A DNA stretch of 64,000 nucleotides from positions 1,042-65,041 of the forward strand of contig JBDSDB010000203.1 in NCBI GenBank assembly GCA_039920785.1, in the 5' to 3' direction. The notes under the pieces were generated by a model. It made no database searches. It saw only the letters and a program-made list of their open reading frames with translations, and had not been told where the DNA came from. The stretch's first letter is position 1. Every line of letters starts with the position of its first letter. The DNA comes from Gemmatimonadaceae bacterium (GTDB taxonomy: Bacteria; Gemmatimonadota; Gemmatimonadetes; Gemmatimonadales; Gemmatimonadaceae). The translations under genes and the position numbers were made by a program. Below, piece after piece: positions 32,575 through 40,026 of the stretch.

Positions 32575-33425
32575 TCGGGCGACACTCCACTCAGCACGTT
32601 CAACGACCCCGAGCGGAACCCTCGAAGGTCGAGCGCCACACGCTCGAAGCCCACGCGAACGACGGCGTCCCGCAGCTCGGTGAGGCGTTCTGCCTGGAGC
32701 CAGCACGACAGCGCGGCCGGCGCTAGTTCGACGCGCGCCAGGTCGTCGTGATAGCGGACGCGGAGATCGCCCTCGATCCCCAGCGCCCGAAGTGCGTACT
32801 CGGCCCGTTCGATCAGGGCGAGTCGCTCGCGTGTGACCGGCGTTCCATAAGGAATTCGAGACGACAGGCAAGGCGAGGACGGTTGCTGCCACGTCGGCAG
32901 CCCCAGCGACCGTGACGCCGCGCGGATATCCGTCTTGCTGAAGCCCAGGTCGGCTAGCGGGCTCGCGACGGCGTGCTCGCGCGCTGCCACTGCGCCGGGT
33001 CGGTGATCGGAGAGATCATCGGCGTTGGTGCCATCGACGACGGTGAGGAATCCCCGCGCGCCGGCGGCGGGCACCAGCCTGGTCCAGAGCTCTGTCTTGC
33101 AGAAATAGCAGCGATTGCTCGGATTGGAGGCGTAGGCTGGGTCGTGCAGTTCGTCGGTGTCCAACTCCAGCACTGGAACATCGAAGGCGGCGGCCACCCC
33201 GCGGGCGGTCGCCCACTGCTCGGCGGGATAGGACGGGCTGCGGCCGATGATCGCCAGGACGGCATCACGGCCCAGCGTCCTTCGTGCAAACACGGCGAGG
33301 TAGGCGGAGTCCACGCCACCGCTGAATCCAACGGCGACCGGGCCTCGATCCCGCAACCAGGCAGCGAGGTCCGCTTCCTTTTTGCCAACCGCTTTCTGCT
33401 CCAGCGTGGCGAGTGATGTCTCCAT
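32571..33425 (-). CDS. larE: PP-loop ATPase, LarE-type sulfur transferase (TIGR00268-like)
   Basis: VAVGFSGGVDSAYLA PP-loop and CYFCK motif. Confidence 0.85.
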   Translation of the reverse strand: METSLATLEQKAVGKKEADLAAWLRDRGPVAVGFSGGVDSAYLAVFARRTLGRDAVLAIIGRSPSYPAEQWATARGVAAAFDVPVLELDTDELHDPAYASNPSNRCYFCKTELWTRLVPAAGARGFLTVVDGTNADDLSDHRPGAVAAREHAVASPLADLGFSKTDIRAASRSLGLPTWQQPSSPCLSSRIPYGTPVTRERLALIERAEYALRALGIEGDLRVRYHDDLARVELAPAALSCWLQAERLTELRDAVVRVGFERVALDLRGFRSGSLNVLSGVSPE

Positions 33426-33511
33426 GACAGCAAGCTATCCGCAGCGCGACCGCCAATGGAGGCGTCAGCGCTTCCGGACAAAGACTGACCCGTGCGGAAG
33501 TTGCCGGACTG

Positions 33512-33520
33512 TGCTATAAT
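33512..33520 (+). promoter_or_regulatory. extended -10 promoter element TGcTATAAT
   Basis: Perfect TATAAT (33515-33520) preceded by TG at 33512-33513. It lies about 95 nt upstream of the zinc-ribbon ORF. There is no good -35. Confidence 0.4.
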
Positions 33521-33613
33521 ATCGGCCCCGAATCATCGTTCTGCCGAGGTCTATCCAGGCAGGCCGGTGGACTCTCGACCCGCTTTCACTGCTCCACGAC
33601 GAAGTGGCGTGCA

Positions 33614-33973
33614 ATGGCGATCGCGATCTGTAGTCATTGTGGTGGTCTCGTCCTGATGCACGCCACCCTGTGCGGCCACTGCGGCCAGCGGGGCGAGGCG
33701 CGCCCGGAACGGCGGCGGACAAGCTCGTTCGGATCGTCGAAGCGGCGCATGCCGCCGGCGATGCGACGGCTCATCGTGGCTCTCGCTGTGGGTACGGGAG
33801 CGCTCGGGAGCCTGGCGCTGGCGCATCTCGCGCGGCCGGAGGGAGGCCGACGGGCGCTCGATCAGGCGACGCTCAGGTGTGAGAGAATTCGGCAGGTGGG
33901 CGAGCGAACACCAGGCCAACTCTCGGTCTGCCTTTCCCAGGTGGCCCGGCTTCGCGGGGCCGAACGTCCATGA
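33614..33973 (+). CDS. zinc-ribbon domain membrane protein (hypothetical)
   Basis: CSHCGG...N12...CGHCG double CxxC at the N-terminus, then a TM helix (LIVALAVGTGALGSLALA). GC3-rich. Confidence 0.45.
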   Translation: MAIAICSHCGGLVLMHATLCGHCGQRGEARPERRRTSSFGSSKRRMPPAMRRLIVALAVGTGALGSLALAHLARPEGGRRALDQATLRCERIRQVGERTPGQLSVCLSQVARLRGAERP

Positions 33974-34009
33974 AGGTGTCATCCGCGCTAGTCGGATGAG
34001 TCGAGGCGC

Positions 34010-34038
34010 TTGACTCGGCCGTGAGTCGGGGGTACGTT
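34010..34038 (+). promoter_or_regulatory. sigma-70-like promoter TTGACT-N17-TACGTT
   Basis: TTGACT at 34010-34015, a 17-nt spacer, then TACGTT at 34033-34038. It is the only good promoter match upstream of the cys operon leader. Confidence 0.4.
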
Positions 34039-34044
34039 GGGGGA

Positions 34045-34146
34045 ACTAATTGAAGCTCGTGGTGATTTGCCGCCTATTGCCGCCACGTTAAAGAAAGTGC
34101 TAAAACGCGAACGCGCCCGGCGGCCCTCTCGCTCGGGCACTTTTTG
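34045..34146 (+). ncRNA. candidate ~100-nt leader RNA / small RNA ending in a weak intrinsic terminator
   Basis: It lies downstream of the promoter above. Hairpin CGTGGTG (34058-64) / CGCCACG (34081-87) encloses a tandem TTGCCGCC repeat (34067 and 34077). GCCCGG...TCGGGC stem (34115-34138) followed by ACTTTTTGT. Confidence 0.3.
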
Positions 34147-34200
34147 TATACAGGCCATCGCCGGCCAGAACTCGATCATTTACCGCGATATCAGGCTCCA

Positions 34201-34359
34201 GTGATCACATCGTCGCATACGTCCGTTCCCGCAGCCCGTAGCGTCCGCGCGATTCGCGCGGCTAGCTGCACATGCGCCTGTATGCGTTCGGCGAACTCGA
34301 TTTGCTGTTGTCTGGAGAAGCGCGCACGAGCACGACGCGGCCGGGAATGGAGTCACTGA
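34201..34359 (+). CDS. candidate Cys-rich leader peptide of the cysteine operon (start GTG 34201 or ATG 34282)
   Basis: ...ASCTCACMRSANSICCCLEKRARARRGREWSH*. Six Cys codons lie within 15 codons, including TGC-TGT-TGT at 34303-34311. The stop TGA is at 34357-34359. Confidence 0.4.
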   Translation: MITSSHTSVPAARSVRAIRAASCTCACMRSANSICCCLEKRARARRGREWSH

Positions 34360-34405
34360 CGTAGCAGCACACGTCTCCACCCACACGGGAACCACACCCG
34401 GCCGC
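34337..34405 (+). promoter_or_regulatory. candidate antiterminator helix
   Basis: GCGGCCGGG (34337-34345) is the perfect complement of CCCGGCCGC (34397-34405). The latter shares 7 nt with the 5' arm of the terminator. Confidence 0.4.
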
Positions 34406-34427
34406 TCACGAGAGCGGCCGTTTTTCG
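34399..34427 (+). terminator. intrinsic terminator / attenuator directly upstream of osmC-cys operon
   Basis: CGGCCGCTC-acga-GAGCGGCCG (9 bp, tetraloop) followed by TTTTTCG. It lies 22 nt upstream of the ATG at 34448. Confidence 0.7.
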
Positions 34428-34447
34428 TTGTGCCCGCCGAATCGCAC

Positions 34448-34996
34448 ATGACTCCTCAGTTGCCGATCAAATCTATGTCCTCCACCAGCACCCCCGTTGT
34501 CGAGCAGGACGTTGCATCGCCACTGGATGGCGGCGCCTCGCGTCCGACGTCGACGACGGTGCATGTCTCATGGCGCGGAGAGCGTCGCTACGAGATCGGG
34601 CGGCCCGGCGGCCCCGCCGTCACGATCGACGCCGCGGGCGAGGCCGGGCTCGGACCCGTGGACACGATGCTCGGTGCGCTCGCTGCCTGCTCGGCGATCG
34701 ACGTGCTCGACTATCTCGCCAAGCGACGTACCCCAGCCGCCGGCCTCGACGTTCGCGTGGACGCGGAGCGAAGCGCCAGCGTGCCTCGACGCGTGCTGCG
34801 CGCGCGCCTGACAATCACCATCGACGGTAGCGGCATCGACACCGGCCACGCCGAGCGCGCGATCGCGCTCTCGTTCCAGACCTATTGCTCGGTGTCTGCG
34901 TCATTGGCGCCAGATCTGGTGATCGAATCGCAGCTCGTGCTGAACGGAGTGACGCAGCCCGTGGTCGTCCAGAGAGCAGTGGAGGCGAGCGCATGA
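34448..34996 (+). CDS. OsmC family peroxiredoxin-like protein
   Basis: [10 protein letters not shown] and [11 protein letters not shown] are the two conserved OsmC/Ohr cysteines. The start may instead be ATG 34475. Confidence 0.85.
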   Translation: MTPQLPIKSMSSTSTPVVEQDVASPLDGGASRPTSTTVHVSWRGERRYEIGRPGGPAVTIDAAGEAGLGPVDTMLGALAACSAIDVLDYLAKRRTPAAGLDVRVDAERSASVPRRVLRARLTITIDGSGIDTGHAERAIALSFQTYCSVSASLAPDLVIESQLVLNGVTQPVVVQRAVEASA

Positions 34997-36885
34997 GCGT
35001 TGCACGTGGGACCGCACCGGTGAGCTCGCGACCGATCCGCTTCGACGAGGAAGGATTGCCTTTCGAGTCCGAGGAGAAGAACGAGTTCCAACGGATCGAC
35101 GATCCGGCCGAAGTCGAAGCGCGCATGGGGATCGTGATCGTCGGGCACGTCGATCATGGCAAGAGCACGATCATCGGGCGATTGCTCGCCGACACGGGTT
35201 CGCTGCCCGAGGGCCGCCTCGAACAGATCAAGGATCTCTGCGCCCGCACGGCGAAGCCATTCGAGTACGCCTTTCTGCTGGATGCGCTCAAGGACGAGCG
35301 CGCGCAGGGCATCACGATCGACGCGGCGCGCGTCTTCTTCCGCACGCCGAAGCGGCGCTACCTGATCCTCGATGCGCCCGGTCACGTCGAGTTCCTCAAG
35401 AACATGGTCACCGGCGCGGCGCGCGCCGAGGCGGCGCTGCTCGTGCTCGATGCCGGCGAAGGGATCCAGGAAAACACGCGCCGACACGCGTACCTGCTCT
35501 CCCTGCTCGGCGTGCGGCAGATCGCCGTGGTCGTCAACAAGATGGATCTCGTGGAAGGCAAGGAATCGGCGTTCGACGATTTCGCGCGCGACCTGACGAC
35601 GTTCCTCAAGAGCATCAACCTCGAACCGGCGGCGATCATCCCCGTGATCGGGCGCGATGGGGACAACCTCGCGATACGCTCGACGACGATGTCATGGTAC
35701 TCGGGACCGACCGTGCTCGAGACACTCGACGGTTTCCAGAGTCAGGGCGAGGCGGTCGACGGACCATTCCGCATGCCGGTGCAGTCCGTGTACAAGTTCA
35801 CCAACGATGGCGACGACCGGCGCATCGTCGCCGGGACGATCGAGAGCGGGCGCGTGAAGGTCGGCGATGAGGTGGTATTCCACCCGTCAGGCAAGCGCAC
35901 GCGCGTGAAGTCGCTCGAGGCGTTCAACCGGGTCGCGCCCGCGGTCGCCGGGGCCGGCGAGTCCACCGGATTCACCCTGGCGCAGCAGATCTACGTGACG
36001 CGCGGTGAGCTCGCGACGCTGGCGCACGAGCCGCAGCCCGTTGCGGCGACGCGCATCCGCTCCAGCGTGTTCTGGCTCGGAGCTCGGCCGCTCGAAGTCG
36101 GCCGCAATTACACGCTCAAGCTGGGCACGGCGCGCGTGTCCGCGCACCTCGAGAGCATCGAGCGCGTGCTCGACGCGTCGACGCTCGCGTCCGTGACGGG
36201 ACGGACCTCCGTGCTTCGCAACGAAGTCGCCGACTGCGTGCTCAAGCTCCGGCATCCCATCGCCTTCGATCGTGCCGCGGACCTTGCCGCGACGAGCCGA
36301 TTCGTGTTGGTGGACAACTTCAGCATCAGTGGTGGCGGCGTCGTGCGCGAGGCGCTCACAGGCTCGGACGTGCACCGAGCGCGCGCGCGCACGAGCACGT
36401 CCGCGCCGTTGCGGCCGAGCGTCCTCTGGCTGACCGGCGAGCGCGGCGCGGGCAAGAGCGCGCTCGCGCACTGGCTGGCGACCGACGCAGAACACGCGGG
36501 GTCGCGCGTGGAGCTCATCGACGACGACACCGTCGGCGAGTTGTTTCCCGCAGGCGGCTCCATCGCGGAACGCGAGCTGCGCGTGCGACGCCTGGCGTGG
36601 CTCGCGTCGCGGCTCGAGGCGCACGGCGCGGTCGTCGTCGTCGCGATCGACTCGCCGAGCGAGGAGGCACGTCGCTTCGCGAGGTCCGTCGCGCGCGATT
36701 TCGTCGAAGTGCATCTGACAGCCGCCTCGGACGTACTCGAAGAGCGCCGTGGCGCGCGCGCGATGCCCGAAGCGTATGAGGTACCCATTCAGCCCGAGCT
36801 GCGGCTCGACACGGGACGTTTGACACTGGAGGAAGCCGGCGCGGAAGTGCTCGCCTGGCTCGAGGAATGGAGCAGCAACTCATGA
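34993..36885 (+). CDS. cysN: sulfate adenylyltransferase subunit 1 (GTPase) fused to a divergent APS-kinase-like C-terminal domain
   Basis: ATGA overlap with the osmC stop. [14 protein letters not shown] and NKMD G-motifs. The C-terminal ~180 aa carry a P-loop ([10 protein letters not shown]) and AIDSP, but lack the canonical KGLY...FTG lid. Confidence 0.9.
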   Translation: MSVARGTAPVSSRPIRFDEEGLPFESEEKNEFQRIDDPAEVEARMGIVIVGHVDHGKSTIIGRLLADTGSLPEGRLEQIKDLCARTAKPFEYAFLLDALKDERAQGITIDAARVFFRTPKRRYLILDAPGHVEFLKNMVTGAARAEAALLVLDAGEGIQENTRRHAYLLSLLGVRQIAVVVNKMDLVEGKESAFDDFARDLTTFLKSINLEPAAIIPVIGRDGDNLAIRSTTMSWYSGPTVLETLDGFQSQGEAVDGPFRMPVQSVYKFTNDGDDRRIVAGTIESGRVKVGDEVVFHPSGKRTRVKSLEAFNRVAPAVAGAGESTGFTLAQQIYVTRGELATLAHEPQPVAATRIRSSVFWLGARPLEVGRNYTLKLGTARVSAHLESIERVLDASTLASVTGRTSVLRNEVADCVLKLRHPIAFDRAADLAATSRFVLVDNFSISGGGVVREALTGSDVHRARARTSTSAPLRPSVLWLTGERGAGKSALAHWLATDAEHAGSRVELIDDDTVGELFPAGGSIAERELRVRRLAWLASRLEAHGAVVVVAIDSPSEEARRFARSVARDFVEVHLTAASDVLEERRGARAMPEAYEVPIQPELRLDTGRLTLEEAGAEVLAWLEEWSSNS

Positions 36886-37814
36886 GTGCAACAACTACCG
36901 TGCACGCGCCGTCGAGCAAGCGCGCGAGCCGCATCGATCATCTCGATCAGCTCGAGCACCGCAGCGTACATCTCCTGCGCGAGGCATACGCGAGTTTTCC
37001 GCAGCTCGCGATGCTTTGGTCCATCGGCAAGGACAGTACGGTGCTCCTGTGGCTGGCGCGCAAGGCGTTCTTCGGCCACGTGCCGATGCCGCTCGTCCAC
37101 ATCGACACGGGCTACAAGATCCCCGAGATGATCCAGTACCGTGACCGGCTCGCGGCGGAGTGGCGCCTGACCGTCATCTACGGGCAGAACGAGGAAGCGC
37201 TCGCCAGCAAGCAGACGTTCCCGGATGGCAACGTCGACCGGCTCACCTGCTGCGGCAACCTCAAGACCGAGGCGCTGCGACGCACGCTCTCTGGCGAAGG
37301 GAAGCGGTATCGGTTCGACCACACGCTGGGCACGTACGTCGTGGACACCAATCGCGAGCCATTCACCGGTGTGATCGTCGGCGTGCGCGCGGACGAGGAG
37401 GGCAGCCGTTCCAAGGAGCGCTATTTCTCCCCGCGATCGGGTGAGAACAACTGGGACGTGGGCGATCAGCCCCCGGAGTTCTGGAATCAGTACGCCACCG
37501 AATTCGCGCCCGGTACGCACGTCCGCATCCATCCCCTGCTCGACTGGACGGAGCTCGACATCTGGGAGTACATCGAGCGCGAACGCATTCCGACCGTGGG
37601 TCTCTACTACGATCGTGGCGAGGGTGAGCGATTCCGCTCGCTCGGCTGCTGGCCGTGCACCAAGGCGGTGTCGTCGAGCGCGAGGAACGTCGGCGAGATC
37701 ATCGTGGAGCTGAAGAGCGGCAAGTTCTCGCACATCGCGGAGCGGGCCGGCCGCGCGCAGGACAAGGATGACGGAGGCGGTCTCGAGACGCTCCGCCGAG
37801 ATGGGTACATGTAG
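36882..37814 (+). CDS. cysD: sulfate adenylyltransferase subunit 2
   Basis: ATGA overlap with the cysN stop. [14 protein letters not shown]-loop, RADEE and WNQY...[15 protein letters not shown] motifs. Confidence 0.95.
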   Translation: MSATTTVHAPSSKRASRIDHLDQLEHRSVHLLREAYASFPQLAMLWSIGKDSTVLLWLARKAFFGHVPMPLVHIDTGYKIPEMIQYRDRLAAEWRLTVIYGQNEEALASKQTFPDGNVDRLTCCGNLKTEALRRTLSGEGKRYRFDHTLGTYVVDTNREPFTGVIVGVRADEEGSRSKERYFSPRSGENNWDVGDQPPEFWNQYATEFAPGTHVRIHPLLDWTELDIWEYIERERIPTVGLYYDRGEGERFRSLGCWPCTKAVSSSARNVGEIIVELKSGKFSHIAERAGRAQDKDDGGGLETLRRDGYM

Positions 37815-37883
37815 CTCGCAGACTGTTCGGCCGCTCGCATCGCACGCGCACGTCACGCCTCGCCTGTTCTCTCGGAGTCCACA

Positions 37884-38504
37884 GTGCCTCATTCGTCCCA
37901 CACCACGTCCGTCACGGTCGGCCAGGGCTCGCTGCCGGGCAGCGGCGCGCGCAGGGGATTCACCCTCTGGCTCACCGGACTCTCGGGCGCCGGCAAGTCC
38001 ACCATCGCCAGCGCGGTCGCCGACCGGCTGCGCGCCGAGGGCGCGGCGGTAGAGGTGCTGGATGGGGACGAGGTGCGCGAACATCTCTCCAAGGGACTCT
38101 CGTTCTCGCGCGAAGACCGCGACATCAATGTGCGGCGCATCGCGTACGTCGCGAAGCTGCTCTGCCGGAACGGGGTCGCCGTGATCACCGCGGCCATCTC
38201 GCCGTACCGTTCGACGCGCGACGAGGCACGGCGCGATATCGGTGATGGCTTCATCGAGGTGTACGTCAACGCCTCGCTGGACGAGTGCATTCGACGCGAC
38301 GTCAAAGGGCTGTATGAGAAGGCGCTCGCCGGCGCAATCACGACGTTCACGGGCGTGTCGGATCCGTACGAGGCACCGCTCGCGCCCGACGTCGAGGTCA
38401 ACACCGAGCGGGAGACGATCGACGAGAGCGTCGAGCGAGTGCTCGAGACGATCCGTGGCCGCGGGTTCCTGTCGTCCGCGCTGCAGTCCACGAGCGCCGC
38501 GTGA
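37884..38504 (+). CDS. cysC: adenylyl-sulfate (APS) kinase
   Basis: LWLTGLSGAGKSTIA P-loop, LDGDEVREHLSKGLSFSREDRD.NVRRI, AISPY and RDVKGLYEKA...FTGVSDPYE are all canonical. GTG start with GGAG upstream. Confidence 0.9.
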   Translation: MPHSSHTTSVTVGQGSLPGSGARRGFTLWLTGLSGAGKSTIASAVADRLRAEGAAVEVLDGDEVREHLSKGLSFSREDRDINVRRIAYVAKLLCRNGVAVITAAISPYRSTRDEARRDIGDGFIEVYVNASLDECIRRDVKGLYEKALAGAITTFTGVSDPYEAPLAPDVEVNTERETIDESVERVLETIRGRGFLSSALQSTSAA

Positions 38505-39262
38505 CCATGAGCTCTGCCTTGCGCCCTCTGCCGCTCACCGCCACCACGGAGCTTCTGACGCCGACTCGGCTTCGGGAGGAGGCCGCGCGCCTGCGTGAGC
38601 GGGGGCCCGAGGAGATCCTCGCGTGGACGCTGGCGTCGTTCCCGCGCCGGACGGCGGTGACGGTGAGCTTCGGCGGGCCGGGAGTGGCGCTCGCCTACAT
38701 GGCGAGCCAGATCGAGCCGTCCACACCCATCGTCTTCCTCGACACCAAGTTCCTCTTTCCCGAGACCTACGCGCTGCGCGACGAGCTCGTGAAGAAGTAC
38801 GCGCTGAACCTCGTCGAGTACGCGCCGCTGTCTGATCCGGGACCGCTCTACGAGACGGACACCGACGGCTGCTGCGCCATCCGCAAGGTGGAGCCGATGC
38901 AGCGCGCACTCGGCGACTTCGACGCCTGGGTGAGCGGCGTGCGACGTGACCAGGGACCGACCCGGGCGAACACCGAAGTGGTGGAGCTCCATGTCGCGAA
39001 CGGTCGCCCGCTTGCCAAGGTGTATCCGCTGGCGTACTGGAGCCGGAGCCAGATCTGGGGCTATCTGCTCGACATGGGGATTCCGTACAACCCGCTGCTC
39101 GACCAGGGTTATTCGAGCCTGGGTTGCTGGCCGTGCACGCGTAGGACCGGTGCCGGAGAGGACGAGCGCGCGGGCCGGTGGACCGGCACGGGCAAGACCG
39201 AGTGCGGATTGCACACCTTCACGTCGCCCGCTCTGCCCGCGACTCCAGGGAGCGGCGAATGA
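38501..39262 (+). CDS. cysH: adenylyl-sulfate (APS)/PAPS reductase, thioredoxin-dependent, Fe-S-cluster type
   Basis: ECGLH C-terminal catalytic motif, plus the CC (DGCCAIRK) and CxxC (GCWPCT) cysteines typical of [4Fe-4S] APS reductases. Confidence 0.9.
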   Translation: MTMSSALRPLPLTATTELLTPTRLREEAARLRERGPEEILAWTLASFPRRTAVTVSFGGPGVALAYMASQIEPSTPIVFLDTKFLFPETYALRDELVKKYALNLVEYAPLSDPGPLYETDTDGCCAIRKVEPMQRALGDFDAWVSGVRRDQGPTRANTEVVELHVANGRPLAKVYPLAYWSRSQIWGYLLDMGIPYNPLLDQGYSSLGCWPCTRRTGAGEDERAGRWTGTGKTECGLHTFTSPALPATPGSGE

Positions 39263-40023
39263 GCAGCATGCTGGTGAACCTCATCGTGGCCGGTCTCGTC
39301 GTCGGCTTCATGATCGGACTGACGGGCGTGGGCAGCGGTGCGCTGATGGCGCCGGTGCTACTGCTGCTCGGTATCCCGCCCGCGACCGTGGTCGGCAGTG
39401 ACCTGCTGTTCGGGCTCCTCACGAAGATCGTGGGCGTCGGTTCGCACGTGCAGCACAAGACGATCGCCTGGCGGTGGGTGTGGCTGATGGCGATTGGCAG
39501 CCTCCCCGGTGTGTTGATCGGGACGCGCCTCCTCGCTCACTTTGCCGGTGCGCCGAAGACGATCCGCGTCTGGATCGGCATCGTGCTCGTGCTCACGCCG
39601 ATCATTGCAGTCCTCATGGAGATCGCGCGCCGACGTGAGAAGGAGTGGGTCGAGAAGCTGCGCAGTCCGCGACCGGTGACGATCGCCCTCATCGGCGCGG
39701 CGATCGGCGTGACGGTCGGCGCGACGTCCGTGGGCAGCGGCAGCCTCGTCGACATGGCGCTCGTGCTCTTCTCACCGCTTTCCGGTGCGGTGCTCATCGG
39801 CACCGGGATCGCGCACGCGGTGCTCATCACCGGTGCGGGCGCGGCAGCGCACTGGAATCTCGGCAACGTCGATCCCGCGCTCGTCGGGCGGTTGCTGATC
39901 GGCTCCATCCCCGGCGTGCTGCTCGGAGGATGGGTCGCGCGGCGCTCGCGGCCGCACTACGTGCGCTGGGGCGCAACGACTCTCGTGCTACTGAGTGGCC
40001 TTACCCTTCTTTCTAGAGCCTGA
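39259..40023 (+). CDS. TauE/SafE family sulfite exporter-like membrane protein
   Basis: ATGA overlap with the cysH stop. About 8 TM helices. GLTGVGSGALMAP motif of the TauE/SafE (DUF81) family. Confidence 0.85.
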   Translation: MSSMLVNLIVAGLVVGFMIGLTGVGSGALMAPVLLLLGIPPATVVGSDLLFGLLTKIVGVGSHVQHKTIAWRWVWLMAIGSLPGVLIGTRLLAHFAGAPKTIRVWIGIVLVLTPIIAVLMEIARRREKEWVEKLRSPRPVTIALIGAAIGVTVGATSVGSGSLVDMALVLFSPLSGAVLIGTGIAHAVLITGAGAAAHWNLGNVDPALVGRLLIGSIPGVLLGGWVARRSRPHYVRWGATTLVLLSGLTLLSRA

Positions 40024-40026
40024 GAT

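Noticed and set aside
33555-33570. CCAGGCAGGCCGGTGG, reminiscent of the SRP (4.5S) RNA domain IV motif CCAGGUCAGGUCCGGAAGGAAGCAGCC.
   Set aside because: The continuation (GGAAGCAGCC and the symmetric-loop partner strand) is absent, and no long closing helix is present.
34144-34200. Full 71-aa ORF (34144-34359) starting at TTG 34144, read as a Cys-rich protein gene.
   Set aside because: That TTG lies inside the U-tract of the preceding hairpin and has no ribosome-binding site. The N-terminal 45 codons have no coding character. Only the short Cys-codon part next to the attenuator is considered meaningful.
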